Assembly (NCBI GenBank): GCA_048128005.1
Contig: JBEUKZ010000085.1
Span: 305,490 to 325,489 of the forward strand
Origin: Veleropilina oligotropha
Taxonomy: Eukaryota
Direction: 5' to 3'
Length of the DNA stretch: 20,000 nucleotides
In this document: positions 1 to 11,381 of the stretch, in pieces
Layout of the letters: each line of letters begins with the position of its first letter
Numbering within the stretch: the first letter of the stretch is position 1
Notes under the pieces: model-generated
What the model saw: the letters and a program-made list of their open reading frames with translations, nothing else
What the model was told of the DNA's origin: nothing
The model's database searches: none
Program-made: the position numbers and the translations under genes

Positions 1-177
1 GTCAAGTAGAAAGCTATGATCTTACTTGACGAGCATTAGCCTACACGACTTTGCCTCATCTAGGCCAATTGAAAATGTCACTCGTTGAGAGGTAATAAAA
101 AACGGACCTCGTTTAATTATTTTTAAATCTTCAATAGCGATTTATTTAAACAGTAGAAAATTACTGACGAAAGTTGA

Positions 178-431
178 GTGTTGAAAATTCCTAACTTTTT
201 ATGCTATAAACAAAAAGTGTAATGCAGTTAGTTTTCTTTTCAAAGAAAAAAGAGCGCATTTACGGGCAATACTAGTACTCTATTTAAAGAATATTGATTG
301 GCTATATGTGTTGAAAATTCCTTTCTTTTTATGCTATGAACAAAAAGTGTAATGCGGTTAGTTTTCTTTTCAAAGAAAAAAGAGCGCATTTACGGGCAAT
401 AGTCTATTTAAAGAATATTGATTGGCTGTAT
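178..431. repeat. Direct tandem duplication, two copies of ~130 bp
   Basis: gtgttgaaaattcct...gagcgcatttacgggcaata...aagaatattgattggct starts at 178 and again at 308 (period 130). The copies differ by a few substitutions and one small indel. Confidence 0.95.
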
Positions 432-548
432 TTGCAATTGTAAAAAATATTGTATTTATAAATGTTTGAAGGAAGTTGGTGTTACCTAATATATGATTGC
501 ATTGGTACCTTCATTCACTTGTCATGGGCACAAATGTACGTTCTTGAT

Positions 549-1974
549 CATTGTCTCCCCATCCGAAATGTATTCCTGATGGTGAGTACATTATATAACA
601 ATGTTCAATTTTGTTGTTCGGTCAAAGGTCAAGGTCACAGAGGTAAAAATGTACTTTCCGTAAAACACAACTTGTCCGGGCTAGATCTCAGGTCCTATAC
701 ATGCCAGCCTGATTTCCGTTGGTATGTTAAACCGCCCTATCATGCCATTGTGCTTTTTGGCAAAATTTCGCAAAAACGACTTCGACCTTGACGTAATGAC
801 CTTTGACCCCTGAAATCGTGTCCGGCCTGGTTCTCAAATCTTATCCTTATAATTTCTTTGTAGATCCTTGTCCCACATTTCAAGCATGTGCATGGAGCTA
901 AAATTTTGTACTTTTGACCTTTGATCTTTGACCTTGGCACTGTGACCTTGATAAACAATTTCCATATTTGGGCATTTTTATATTTTGTTTTCTTAATTTT
1001 TTCCACCAAATTTATTCCTGAGGGTGAGTACATTATACAACAATGTTCAATTTTGTTGTTCGGTCAAAGGTCAAGGTCACAGAGGTCAAAATTTACTTTC
1101 TCTAGCACACACCTTGTCCGGGCTACATCTCAGGTCCTATACATGCCAGCATGATTTCCTTTGGTATGTTAAACCGCCGTATCTTGCTATTGTGATTTTC
1201 TGCAAAATTTTGCGGAAACGACCTTCGACCTTCACCTAATGACTTTTGACCCCGAAATCGTGTCCGGTCTGGTTTTCGGTGATGTCAAATCTTATCCTTC
1301 TAATTTCTTTGAAGATGCTTGGCCCACACTTGAAGCATATGCAGGGTGCGAAAAAATTTCACTTTTGACCTTGGCACTGTTACCTTCATAAAAAAGTTCC
1401 ATATATTTGGGCATTTTTATATTTCATTGTTTTCTTAATTATTTTGCGTCAACTTTTCCCCCCGTTGGTGAGTACTTTATATAATAATGTTCAGTTTGTT
1501 GTTCGGTCAAAGGTCAAGGTCACAGAGGTCAAAATGTACTTTCCTGATTCCATATTTGGGCTTATTTATATTTTATTGTTTCCTTTTTTCGCCAAATTTC
1601 TTCATGAGGGTGAGTACATTATATAACAATGTTCAATTTTCTTGTTCGGTCAAAGGTCAAGGTCACAGAGGTCATAATGTACTTTCCTGATACACACCTT
1701 GTCCGGGCTAGATCTCTGGTCCTATACATGACCTTTGACCTTGCCGTAATGACCTTTGACCTACTAAAATTCTTGTCATCTTCATAGGTTCCCATGCCTT
1801 GAACGTGAAGGGTGTAAATATTCAGGACATTTGCATAAATCCATCCATTGTGTCGAATATATTTTCATTCCCAGTTCGTGAGTTTCCAAACTTCATGAGG
1901 GTCTCAATATAGAGTGATTTCTCTTACATGGGGAGACATATGTTTTTGTTCACACAAAAACAACTCCTCTAGTT
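549..1974 (+). mobile_element. Non-autonomous Helentron/HINE-like element 1 with an internal GGTCA-rich tandem array
   Basis: Subterminal inverted repeat tgtctccccat (552-562) / atggggagaca (1928-1938). 3' stem-loop tgtttttgt-tcac-acaaaaaca (1941-1962), ending in ctagtt (1969-1974). The internal block ggtgagtac...ggtcaaaggtcaaggtcacagaggt recurs at 581, 1023, 1467 and 1609. Confidence 0.8.
575..1765. repeat. Complex tandem array (~443-bp unit plus a ~142-bp partial unit) inside HINE 1
   Basis: The ggtgagtac anchor occurs at 581/1023/1467/1609 (spacings 442, 444, 142). Each unit has ggtcaaaggtcaaggtca on one strand and tgacctttgacc-type motifs on the other. Confidence 0.9.
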
Positions 1975-2481
1975 CAAATTGAAAAAGTGCTTATTGCAAA
2001 TAATATTTTTTTATGCATGGTTAACTTAATGTCTGTAAATATAGAATAGGTGTCATGATATAATTGGAAATGAGTGAAATGCGTCAATAATGTTTATCAA
2101 TTTTTATTTCACTGAAATAAGATCAGGTTTATTTTTTCGTGATAATGTGACAGTGTGTATTGTATAAATTTCTGATAAAAGATTATTCGTTGATCATGCA
2201 ATTTAATCCTTTTATTTATTACTATATATACATATATATATATTTACGTAGTTATCATCATGTTATTGTCCCCAGCCATCTGTCGGGCGGACGGGGGACA
2301 TAGAATCCGCGTCCGTGCATCCATCTGTCCATCCGTCCCGGATTTTCAGCAATTTTGAACATAGTGTCTGGAAGCATATGGCTGTGGTCTATTTCTCACA
2401 ATTTTTTTTTTCATTTAGAGAAATGGTAGCTTTCTGAAACTGAGCTGAGGGTGACACATACATGTCCTTTCGATTTGTCAC

Positions 2482-2530
2482 ACCTCCACCCCCACCCCTC
2501 ATGCTGCCCCCCCCCCCCCCCGCCCCCCCC
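2482..2530. repeat. C-rich/poly-C low-complexity tract
   Basis: cctccacccccacccctcatgctgccccccccccccccc...cgcccccccc is directly visible. Confidence 0.85.
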
Positions 2531-3627
2531 AAAATGTTTATGAAGAAGTTACATGATTTATTTTTGCTAAGCCTACACACTATAGCAGTTATTCTGAAAA
2601 GTTTAATTATGCCTTGAAATATTGAGGATAGAAAGGAAGCAGATATAGTATGTAAGTATTATGTTTGTATGATGAAAGGGACATTTGCTTATCTGTAAGA
2701 CTTGCTCACTGCCGATAGGCACAGTAAGCTGTTAAGCTTAATGGTCACTTTGAGCAGCTGGGATTATCAAAATCTGATGGATTTTGAACACTGGCTTCCC
2801 CATTGGTTTATTCCATGGGTATCTTGAGATGGCAGTATATATTGCCATAACATGAACAGACTGTATCCAGTGTCTAATATCACCCTCCTCAACTGGTCAA
2901 GGTTAGAGTCATTATCGGTATACTATTTTATCATGGATTGGCTGCTAAATTTATTTAATCTCGAGCATATAATAATAAGATTTTGTCTTTATTTCTGTTT
3001 CTCTGAAACTTTAAGTTTTACAATAACTATATTAGGATCAGCAATTCATGAGTAGTACTTCTGAATTCTTACTTTATAAACTGAAAATGTTGCCCTTTTC
3101 AAAGTAAACGGGGATGAGTGAGGCATGTAATTTCGCAGAATTTATTTTTTTGGTGACTTTTCAGCACTTCTGAACATAGGCTCTGGAAGCATAGATGTGA
3201 TCTATTTTCTCACAATTATTTCATATAGAGAATTTCTAGCTTTCTCAAACATTACCTATCAATTAATCACATCAAAGTTATGAATCATAGTTGTCCGGTA
3301 ACTGGCCCAAAAGGGCGGGTTTCACCGGGCGACCGGGCTTTCTTCCCGCAATAATACGGACATGTCCTGGTTTGAACCTAAATAGGTTGGAAATATACAG
3401 GACAATAAGCATTGATCCTTTTTCCTTTTCGAATATGGGGAATGTTTTTTTGAAATTTATGGATTTTTTGCGATTTTATACATTACAAGTCTCTGCAAGC
3501 ATGGACGTTGTCAATTTTGTCACATGCACTTATATTTTCAGAGATGCTAGCTTTCTGAAACTTTACAGATCAATTAACCCCATCAAGGGGTAGATCAGGT
3601 TCAATTATTGGGGATTTTGTTAAACCT

Positions 3628-4804
3628 TTATTATGCCCCGTCCGACTTTAGTCGGTCTAGGGAGCATCATGCTTTTGGTATGTCCGGCCGTGTGTCCGTC
3701 CGTCCGTCCGTGACACATTAGATCTCATGGATCTTTATCCATGTTACTGAGAGGCCACTTCCCCCAAACTTGACATATTAACAGATATACGATTAAACTA
3801 TCATGAGTTTGAATATTGATTGAATATTTTAATTTTTTCAATGTTTTGGTCTCTGAAGTATAAATTACATATAAGAAAGTCACCTATTATTTTTGCTGAT
3901 AACAAGTAACCACCGCTGTCAACTTTCTTACACTAACAGATATAAGTTTGAACTATCATGAGTTCGAATATTGAATGAAAATTTTATTTATTTCATGTTT
4001 TATTGGGGCTTTGGACTTAGCCTATGGAGCACAATTTATATACAATAAAGTCACCTATTATTTTTGATGTTGATCTCAAACCACTTCCTTCAGCTTTTGT
4101 ATACTAACAGATATAAGTTTGATCTATCACGAGTTCAAATATTGAATGAATGTTTTAATTATTTCCATGTTTTATTGGGTTTTTGGACATAGCCTATGGA
4201 GCACAATTTATATACAAGAAAGTCACCTATTATTTTTGCTGTTTATCTCAAACCACTTCCTTCAGCTTTTGTATACTAACAGATATAAGTTTGATCTATC
4301 ACGAGTTCAAATATTGAACGAATTGTTTAATTATTTCCATGTTTTATTGGGTTTTTGGACATAGCCTATGGAGCACAATTTATTTCCAAGAAAGTCACCT
4401 ATTATTTTTGCTGTTGATCTCAAACCACTTCCTTCAGCTTTTGTATACTAACAGATATAAGTTTGATCTATCATGAGTTCAAATATTGAATGAATGTTTT
4501 AACTATTTCCATGTTTTATTGGGTTTTTGGACATAAAACTATGGAGCACAATTTATTTCCAAGAAAGTCGCCTATTATTTTTGCTGTTGATCTTAAACCA
4601 CTTCCTTCAGCTTTTGTTTACTAACAGATATAAGTTTGAACTGTCATGAGTTCGAATATTAAATGGAAATTTTAATTATTGCTTATACATTAATAAGTAC
4701 AGTTACATTTCTCCCTATTAGTTATGTAAACAACCAAAATTCATATCACTTGGCAAGCTTATATGGGGGCATTCCATGTTCCGGGGAACATATATTTCTA
4801 GTTT
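3628..4804 (+). mobile_element. Non-autonomous Helentron/HINE-like element 3, nested in element 2
   Basis: 5' atgcccc (3633-3639), palindrome ccgact-tt-agtcgg (3642-3655) and a (GTCC)n microsatellite (~3682-3711). 3' ggggcat (4766-4772), hairpin atgttcc-gg-ggaacat (4776-4791), terminal ctagttt. T-runs lie at both junctions. Confidence 0.85.
3755..4680. repeat. ~172-bp satellite-like tandem array, about 5 copies, inside HINE 3
   Basis: cctatggagcacaattta occurs at 4021, 4193 and 4365, with a variant at ~4538 (period 172-173). Central copies are nearly identical and the edge copies are more diverged. Confidence 0.95.
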
Positions 4805-5977
4805 ATTGCTGACTTTTGCTGATTTAAAAAAAACATAGTCTTTGGATGTATGAAATTTATCAATTTATCAATTTTCCATTTATAGAAATGTTAGCTTTCT
4901 GAAACTTCACAGATCAACTAACCACATAATGGGATGGATAAAGTTTGAATAATGAAAATTATTTAATTTATGTACTTGAAGTATATTTACACTTAGTCTC
5001 TGGGTACATATCTATCTCTTTAGCCTCTGATGGCAGGAAATCTTTCTTAAATCTCATTGAGTTACTGATACACAGCGTGCAAAAATATATATGCGGTCAA
5101 TATTGAATAATACGGGCGGGGGACAATCGCCACTTAGTGGCAATCACTTGTTTATTTATGACTTTAAAAGGCATACATTTGTTATAATGTATACATACGA
5201 TTGTTGCATAATATTAATAATTATATATTATAATAATTTGGTGAAATCCTAGGTCATATTTGTTACATATATTTTCTAATTGTTGTTTTTTAATGAATTT
5301 TATCTTTAATTCTATTTGTACCTAGTACACATGTCAATCTTCACTGTAAAGTATTTTTGGTGTCCAAATGTTTCCTTTATTCTTAATGCATGTAGCATTC
5401 CTTCTTTGTATATGCCATGCACCTTTTGAAATGCAACAGTACGTGTCTGTCTTTCTGCATTTTTACATGTCACATGCTTGTTTGCTGCGTTTTAATTTTT
5501 CAACTATTCTATTAAAGTAGAAATTTAAATACAGAGCTAGTAATACAAATGAAATATTAAGCATAAGAGAGTAAGTAATACATGTAATAATATTGAAAAA
5601 TTCTAGACGTTAGATTATACGACAAAAATGGTTTCATTTGTTCTAGCAGAATTGCATAAACCAAGATATCGTGGAAGCGCATGGTAGTAGATTAACAAAC
5701 TTGAAGAACTAATGAAACCATGAAATCTAGTTTCAGCTGTCATGTCGTGCTATTGTTTCAATCCAACTTTCATACTGCCCACAGCAACTTCGGGCATCAT
5801 TTCGAACCATCTTGATGTTATTTCCTTCTTCAAAAATGAGATCAATTGACATAAAATACATGTTAGGAGGAGAACATTTACCTCCTATGCATATCAATAC
5901 CTTCACCATGGTCTTCCATACGAAGCGTCACAAGAATATAATCTGGTAGTCCCTCCGAAATTTGAAAATAAAGCTTC

Positions 5978-6187
5978 AATCGCTGACCTAAATGTAGGTT
6001 AGACCATGCTAAAGAGTGTACATATGCTGAATAGACACAGTTTTCCACCGTTGATAAAGTGTGAAATCTGACCATTGTTCGAGTGTGAAGAACGAGTACA
6101 ATTGTCAGATTTCGCACTTAATCAGTGGCGGAAAACTATCTATCCTGCATATTCACGAGTCACATGGTCTAACCGATTTAGGCGATT
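5978..6187. mobile_element. Palindromic foldback/MITE-like element
   Basis: Left arm atatgctgaatagacacagttttccaccgttgataaagtgtgaaatctgaccattgt matches the reverse complement of the right arm (atatgcaggatagatagttttccgccactgattaagtgcgaaatctgacaattgt). Outer matches are ggttagaccatg/catggtctaacc and cctaaat/atttagg. No clear TSD. Confidence 0.75.
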
Positions 6188-7251
6188 TATATTAGGTCTT
6201 CTTCATGTAAGAGTACGAAGACGATGTTGGAATTTCTGAATTTAGAGATTTTTTATGTGGAATGTTCGATTTAGAATTCCAAGGTGATTTTACTTCTTCG
6301 AAGAATGTAGTAAAGACCACCCAATTTTGCATGTATCTAGGTGTGATATTTGTCTCTGTTTACTGCATTTCATGTAATGCTCTGCGAATTTTAATTTAAA
6401 TGTGTATATATAATACAATATAAAGTTTTCATGAATTGTGTCATCCTTTTGACAATTATTGCCTCGAATATTATTTATGTGTACTGTAAATATTTAAACA
6501 TATTTTAAACTGGTCAAATTTAATATTTAAAACTTAATTACACCCCAAACTAATATCTTACTTCACATCAACCTTAAAGACCACTGTAATTGGCCTTGGT
6601 TTCCTCTCGGTATGCTTGGCTACACAACGAAAGGTGGTACCAAAGGGAGGAGACCCGAGCACCAGAGTCGCCTGTTGAAAATTATCACATTTCATTGTTC
6701 ACATCTTGGCTGATTAATGACGTGTTAACAGAAGTACATTGTTTTCATATACAATGCTAAAAGTGAATATCCAGGAGAGACACAGTTTTATAACAAAAGA
6801 ATCGCATTGAAGTATCGTCTAAGCTTTCTTACAGTCGACTTTGGAATGCGCGGAAAGTTTGGCTGCAACACTGTTGTGTGTATGTGTACTTTCCAGAAAA
6901 CACATATGTGTATTTCGTTAATAATATGCGAATGAAACTTATTTCAAATGTCATTATATCACAACATCATATTGTATTGCTTCTATGTTCTATGTGATCA
7001 TTGGATATCGTTGTGCAGCTGTACATTATCCAATAAATTTCTTCCAATAAATGTTGACATATTATGAAAATTTGTAAATCTATGTACTACATGAAATCAA
7101 CAATTTCCTCTATGTAGATTTAACTTATTGCTTATCAATTGGTTGTTGTAGCAGGGTAAGGCTATGATGACAAAACTGCGATACAGGTTGTATTTTTGTC
7201 AGAATAATTATAACAAAGTTTTATTTTCTGTTAAGGCCGTTCCAGTAGCCA

Positions 7252-7518
7252 TGTTACAACCACTTTTGTGATATTTCCAGTTTTGTGATTTTTTAACCAC
7301 TTTTGTGATATTCGCCCACTTTTGTACAAATCGACGCGATTTGTGATTTTTTCAGGTCACGAGTTTTGTGATATTTCGCCGACTTTTGTGATATTTCTTG
7401 AGGTCACGACATTTGTGATTTTATATCGATCACTTTTGTGATTAATTTTTTACCATTGGATCACAAAAATCGGCAATTATCACAAAAGTGGTTAAAATCA
7501 CAGATGTGAGCAGAATCA
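7252..7518 (+). mobile_element. TGTTAC-ended modular MITE/TIR-like repeat (TTTTGTGAT subrepeats), copy A
   Basis: Begins tgttacaaccacttttgtgat and has many (t)tttgtgat units, then inverted atcacaaaa units. Colinear with the reverse complement of 17063-17316. Confidence 0.8.
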
Positions 7519-7616
7519 TTTGTAGGCCTTTCTAAGCGATAACACGTTATAACGCGTTCTCGAATCGGATCTATGAGTGATGGGACCTTCAACGAAACAG
7601 AAATTGGAATACACTG

Positions 7617-10600
7617 TCTTCTTCTTCTGCTTCTGCCGGATAATGGCCACCATCAACTTTTTTATTATACTGCCATGATTATCGGGTGCGGATGAATTAT
7701 ATACAGATAAAAAGTTAAAAACACTGGGCTTCATTTAATAAGCCTAATATGCCTGGCCCAATGAGGCTTTGAAGGCCTCGATTGATGGAGCAGACACAAT
7801 CCCAGGAGGAAGAGCATTCCAATCTCTGATGGTCTGTGGGGAAAAAAGAGTATTTACGGTAATCACTTGCACTGGATGGAATCAAGTAGCTTTTTGTATG
7901 AGACTTCCGTGTGCGACGTTTGGGTTCGATAAGACGTCCTTCTTTGGAAACTGCTACAAGGTTGTTCTCAATTTTATAGAAGAGTGAAAGCCTGGAGTCT
8001 TTCCTTCGTTGTTCCAAGGATCTCCACCCTAGATCATGTATCATGTCAGTGACACTTGAATGGTTTCCATGTCTGTTCATTACATATCTGGCACTTCTTC
8101 TTTGGACCATCTCAATTCTGTCAATTTCATTTTGGTAGTATGGGTCCCATACTGGACTAGCAAATTCTACTAAAGGTCGTACTAGAGATTTGTAAGCATT
8201 TTCTTTCACTGACGTGGCACCGATGTTGAGGTTACGTTTTAAGAATCCAATTGTTCTATTAGCTTTGTTACAGATGGTATTTATGTGTTCATTCCAGCGA
8301 AGGTTTGATGTGAATGTACATCCAAGATATTTATCACTCTGTACTGACTCAAGATTTTGTCCATGAAGATGGTAGGATGTTTTGATGGTTGGGTTTTTTC
8401 TGCTGATGGTGAGAACGTTGCATTTGTCAGGATGGAAGGACATATTCCAGTTGCTTTCCCAGACTGGAATGCTTGTCTAGGTCTTTCTGTAGGTCGGTAG
8501 TATCCTTATCTGATGAAATGGTGAGGTATGCTATAGTGTCATCTGCGAATAGACGGACAGTTGATTTATTTCCCTATGGCGTGTCATTGATATAGAACAG
8601 GAATAGTGATGGTCCAAGGACCGATCCTTGGGGCACCCCAGTTCTACTTCGATGTGAGGCGAGCTCTCGCCATCTACTATGACCGATTGAGATCGATCTG
8701 ATAGGAAGCTTGAAATCCAGTCGTTGGCTTTACCTTGGATACCGTAGTGTCTGAGCTTGTGTATTAAAAGACTATGACTTACTTTATCAAAGGCCTTGAA
8801 GAAGTCCATGATGAGGATGTCAGGTTGCTTACCAGCACTCATATTGAGGGTGATGTCATCTACAAACTTGATAAGTTGAGTCTCGCAGGATCTCCTTTTG
8901 CGGAAGCCGTGTTGTAGTGGATAGAGTATATTGTGTCTGTCAGCATGGTTCATGATGTGACTGGTAACTATATGCTCCATCAGTTTGCAGCAAATACATG
9001 TAAGTGAAAAGGGTCGATAGTTCACTGCTTTGTATCGCTCACCTTTTTTATACACAGGACTCGCATTGGCACTTCTCCAGTCTGATGGTACTTCCCCAGA
9101 TTCTAATGATGTTAAGTATGGGGGCTATTTCCTTCGACAGTTCTTTGAGTACTTTTGGCTTAATGTTGTCTGGACCTGCTGCCTTGTTGGGATTGATCTT
9201 ATCAAGCAGTTTTTCGATTCCCTTCTCAGTGATGTGTAAGTCATCTGCAATTTGGTAGGATCCATTCATGTGGCATTGTGTGTTGAACTCTTCGGTACTG
9301 AAGTGTTTTCTAGTAGAGAAGGCGGATGGAATTGTTTATTCAGTATGGTTGCTTGGTCGACAGGGTCTGAATGGAGTTTGCCGTCGCTACGGAGAGGTGC
9401 TACTCCGACACTATCCATTCTTTTGTGTTTAATGTATGTCCAAAAACGTTTCATATTGCTGTATTCAGATGTATCGTCTTCTGTTGAAGTTACGATGTTT
9501 TCGATGTATTTCCAGTACGCTCGTCGAAGTTCTCTTTGGACGAGCCTCTTGGCATCTTTAAATTGTGATGTTAGTTTGGTATCTGCTGATTTCTTTTTCT
9601 TTTTGTAGAGTCTATCTCGGCAATGTATAAGTCTTCTTATGGGGAGACTGTCCCTTTGCTTTGCGGTCTTATGTAGTACGTGAGACTCATTGCTACGGCT
9701 GAGATCTGTATTGAAGCGTGTCCATAGTTCTTCCGTTTTACATCCCCTTGAGGATAGGTGTTTAATCTTATGGAGGGTCTCTTTGATTTCCGATTTTATA
9801 GTTTCTCAGTTAGCTTTTTTGTATAGAGGAATTTTCCTGGGTTTCTGTTTCCTGTTCAGTGTTTTGATGTCAAGTTTTGAGTAGATAATATCATGATCAG
9901 AGACACCAGTGATTACTTTGATACGTAGAAAGCGTGATGGATTGTTGGTTAATATAAGGTATAGGGTGTTCAGCCCTCTTGGTGGTTCATCGACTAGTTG
10001 TTCAAGTCCGTGATCATCAAGGATGTTCGTAAATTTGTAATGGATACCAGGATATGCTGTATTCGGTTTTAGTGTTTTGGTACTCCAGTTCCACCCGGGT
10101 AGGTTGAAGTTACGATGGTAATTCCCCAGATTCTAATGGTTGCAGTTTTGGAACTGCAAGCTCTGTCTAGGATGATTTTAAGATCATCAAGGCTCTGTTC
10201 ATTAGATGTTTTGGGATTGTAAAATGATGCCAGGTATAGGTCTTTCATACCCACTAGTTGGAATTTGGCCCGAACAATTTCGCAATTCGATTCAAGTTCT
10301 GGTATAGATGAGCTCAGGTGTTCATTTTTTATGGGTATTAGCACACCACCCCCATTCATATTTCTGTCTTTACGATAAACCTTGAAGTTTGGTGGGAAAA
10401 TTTGATTGTCAGTTACTGATGAGTCAATCCAGGTTTCTGTTCCTAAGATAATGTCTTGTTCAGTACTTTCGATGAGGTGTTTTAGTTGTCCTTGTTTCGA
10501 TTTTATATACTGAAAGTTCACAGAGATGATTTTTAATGGTGCTCTAGTTGGTCCATTGTCATGTTTCTTTTTTTTTCGTTGTCTAGGCATGGACCCGTTT

Positions 10601-11370
10601 GATACACTCGAATGGAAGGGGGATTTGTACCGAGGTATCGGACAAGATGCTGAATTGGTTTGTAGTTATATGGTTGAAGCATATCGAGCTGTAGTTTGGG
10701 CTATCGCAGATGATGCAATCCCATGCTACTGCACTGTCTTCTGCTAGGATATTGTATGTACGAGACCCCATGGATTGGCACTTTGCATGGTACCATTGGT
10801 TGCAAGTATCACACATAATCCCTTTGTCTTCCCACGTGACTGGTTCATAGCATATAATGAGGGATGAGGTCCAGGGTTGAAATGAACATCATTAGAATTT
10901 GCCAGTAGTAGAAATACCAGACGTCATGTGCATTTTTGTGTTTGGATGTTTCACATTGAATGCTAATTTCTATGGTCGATACACAGTGTTCATGATGGTG
11001 ATGTACATAGATGGTTTTTCACTAATTTCCAGGTGTGAGTTTATCCATCGAGAGTTATTTATGATAGAGTGTCTTAGCATAAGTGTTAGACTTATAAATG
11101 TAAACATCACGTTGATGGGCGTCGCCATCTTGGATTGACCGACGATACTCTTACGGTTACTCTTCCACAGTTTGTTTTAAATTTGATGGTTCCATTTGAC
11201 TTGGTTAGTCCATTTCTCGAATATATCGTTAATAAGGATGCTATGGTGACCAAATAATGAGGACTAGTCGTTTTAAGTTGGCCAGAAATTTCGAAAACAC
11301 GATTTTGCGGAGCCAAAAAATGGAGATGTTAATTTTCGCGCATACGCACCCACCCGGACCAAGGTGGCGG
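7617..11370 (-). mobile_element. Near full-length, frameshifted CR1-group (CR1/Zenon-like) non-LTR retrotransposon
   Basis: Minus-strand order: LLLANSNDVHFNPGP (10867-10911); PHD-like CDTCNQWYHAKC...WDCIIC (10583-10816 ORF); APE endonuclease ISVNFQ..DIILGTETW..YRKDRNMNGGGV (10069-10590); RT NYRPFSLT, QHGFR, DFFKAFDKV, GVPQGSVLGP (8610-8639) and FADD (8538-8549); C-terminal KYLG..RPLVEFASPVWDPY (7715-8443); 3' (AGA)n tail at 7617-7634. The 5' boundary is approximate. Confidence 0.92.
7715..11128 (-). pseudogene. Disrupted LINE polyprotein (N-terminal leader, 2A-like, PHD, APE, RT)
   Basis: Candidate start caagATGgcg at 11128 (MATPINVMFTFISLTLML...). Domain fragments are spread over several ORF-track entries separated by frameshifts and stops. 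Confidence 0.85.
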
Positions 11371-11381
11371 TTGATAGACAT

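Larger units (their letters stand above)
2263..5153 (+). mobile_element. Non-autonomous Helentron/HINE-like element 2 (outer, older), interrupted by element 3
   Basis: 5' ttgtcccc (2266-2273) with a local inverted copy ggggaca (2294-2300), followed by a degenerate (GTCC/ATCC)n tract. 3' ggggacaa (5119-5126), hairpin gccact-t-agtggc (5129-5141) and terminal cttgttt. A diverged internal repeat with agctttct(g/c)aaac occurs near 2428, 3238, 3549 and 4893, on both sides of element 3. Confidence 0.75.

Noticed and set aside
462..1690. Cluster of short ORFs sharing STLYNNVQF..SVKGQGHRG
   Set aside because: These are translations of the tandem array in HINE 1, in shifting frames and with no domain signature.
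2389..2580. Gly-rich minus-strand ORF and possible G-quadruplex
   Set aside because: It arises from a poly-C tract inside a repeat, and nothing supports a function.
3291..3593. 100-aa ORF with a GC-rich start
   Set aside because: It has a TTG start, runs into the HINE 2 repeat and has no recognisable motif. The GC-rich patch may be an unidentified TE scrap.
7252..7518. CRISPR-like look of ttttgtgat repeats with variable spacers
   Set aside because: The repeats are only ~9 bp and the spacers ~8-15 bp, orientation flips internally, there are no cas genes, and the context is eukaryotic.
7541..7558. Near-perfect 18-bp palindrome aacacgttataacgcgtt
   Set aside because: Too short and isolated to assign, and it may be chance.
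7769..10747. Plus-strand ORFs such as 7769-7987, 9004-9258, 9252-9608 and 10526-10747
   Set aside because: They are antisense shadows of the LINE coding sequence.
7595..11381. Target-site duplication for the long CR1-group LINE
   Set aside because: No match was found between the sequence next to the 3' tail and the 5' flank, so the 5' boundary stays approximate.
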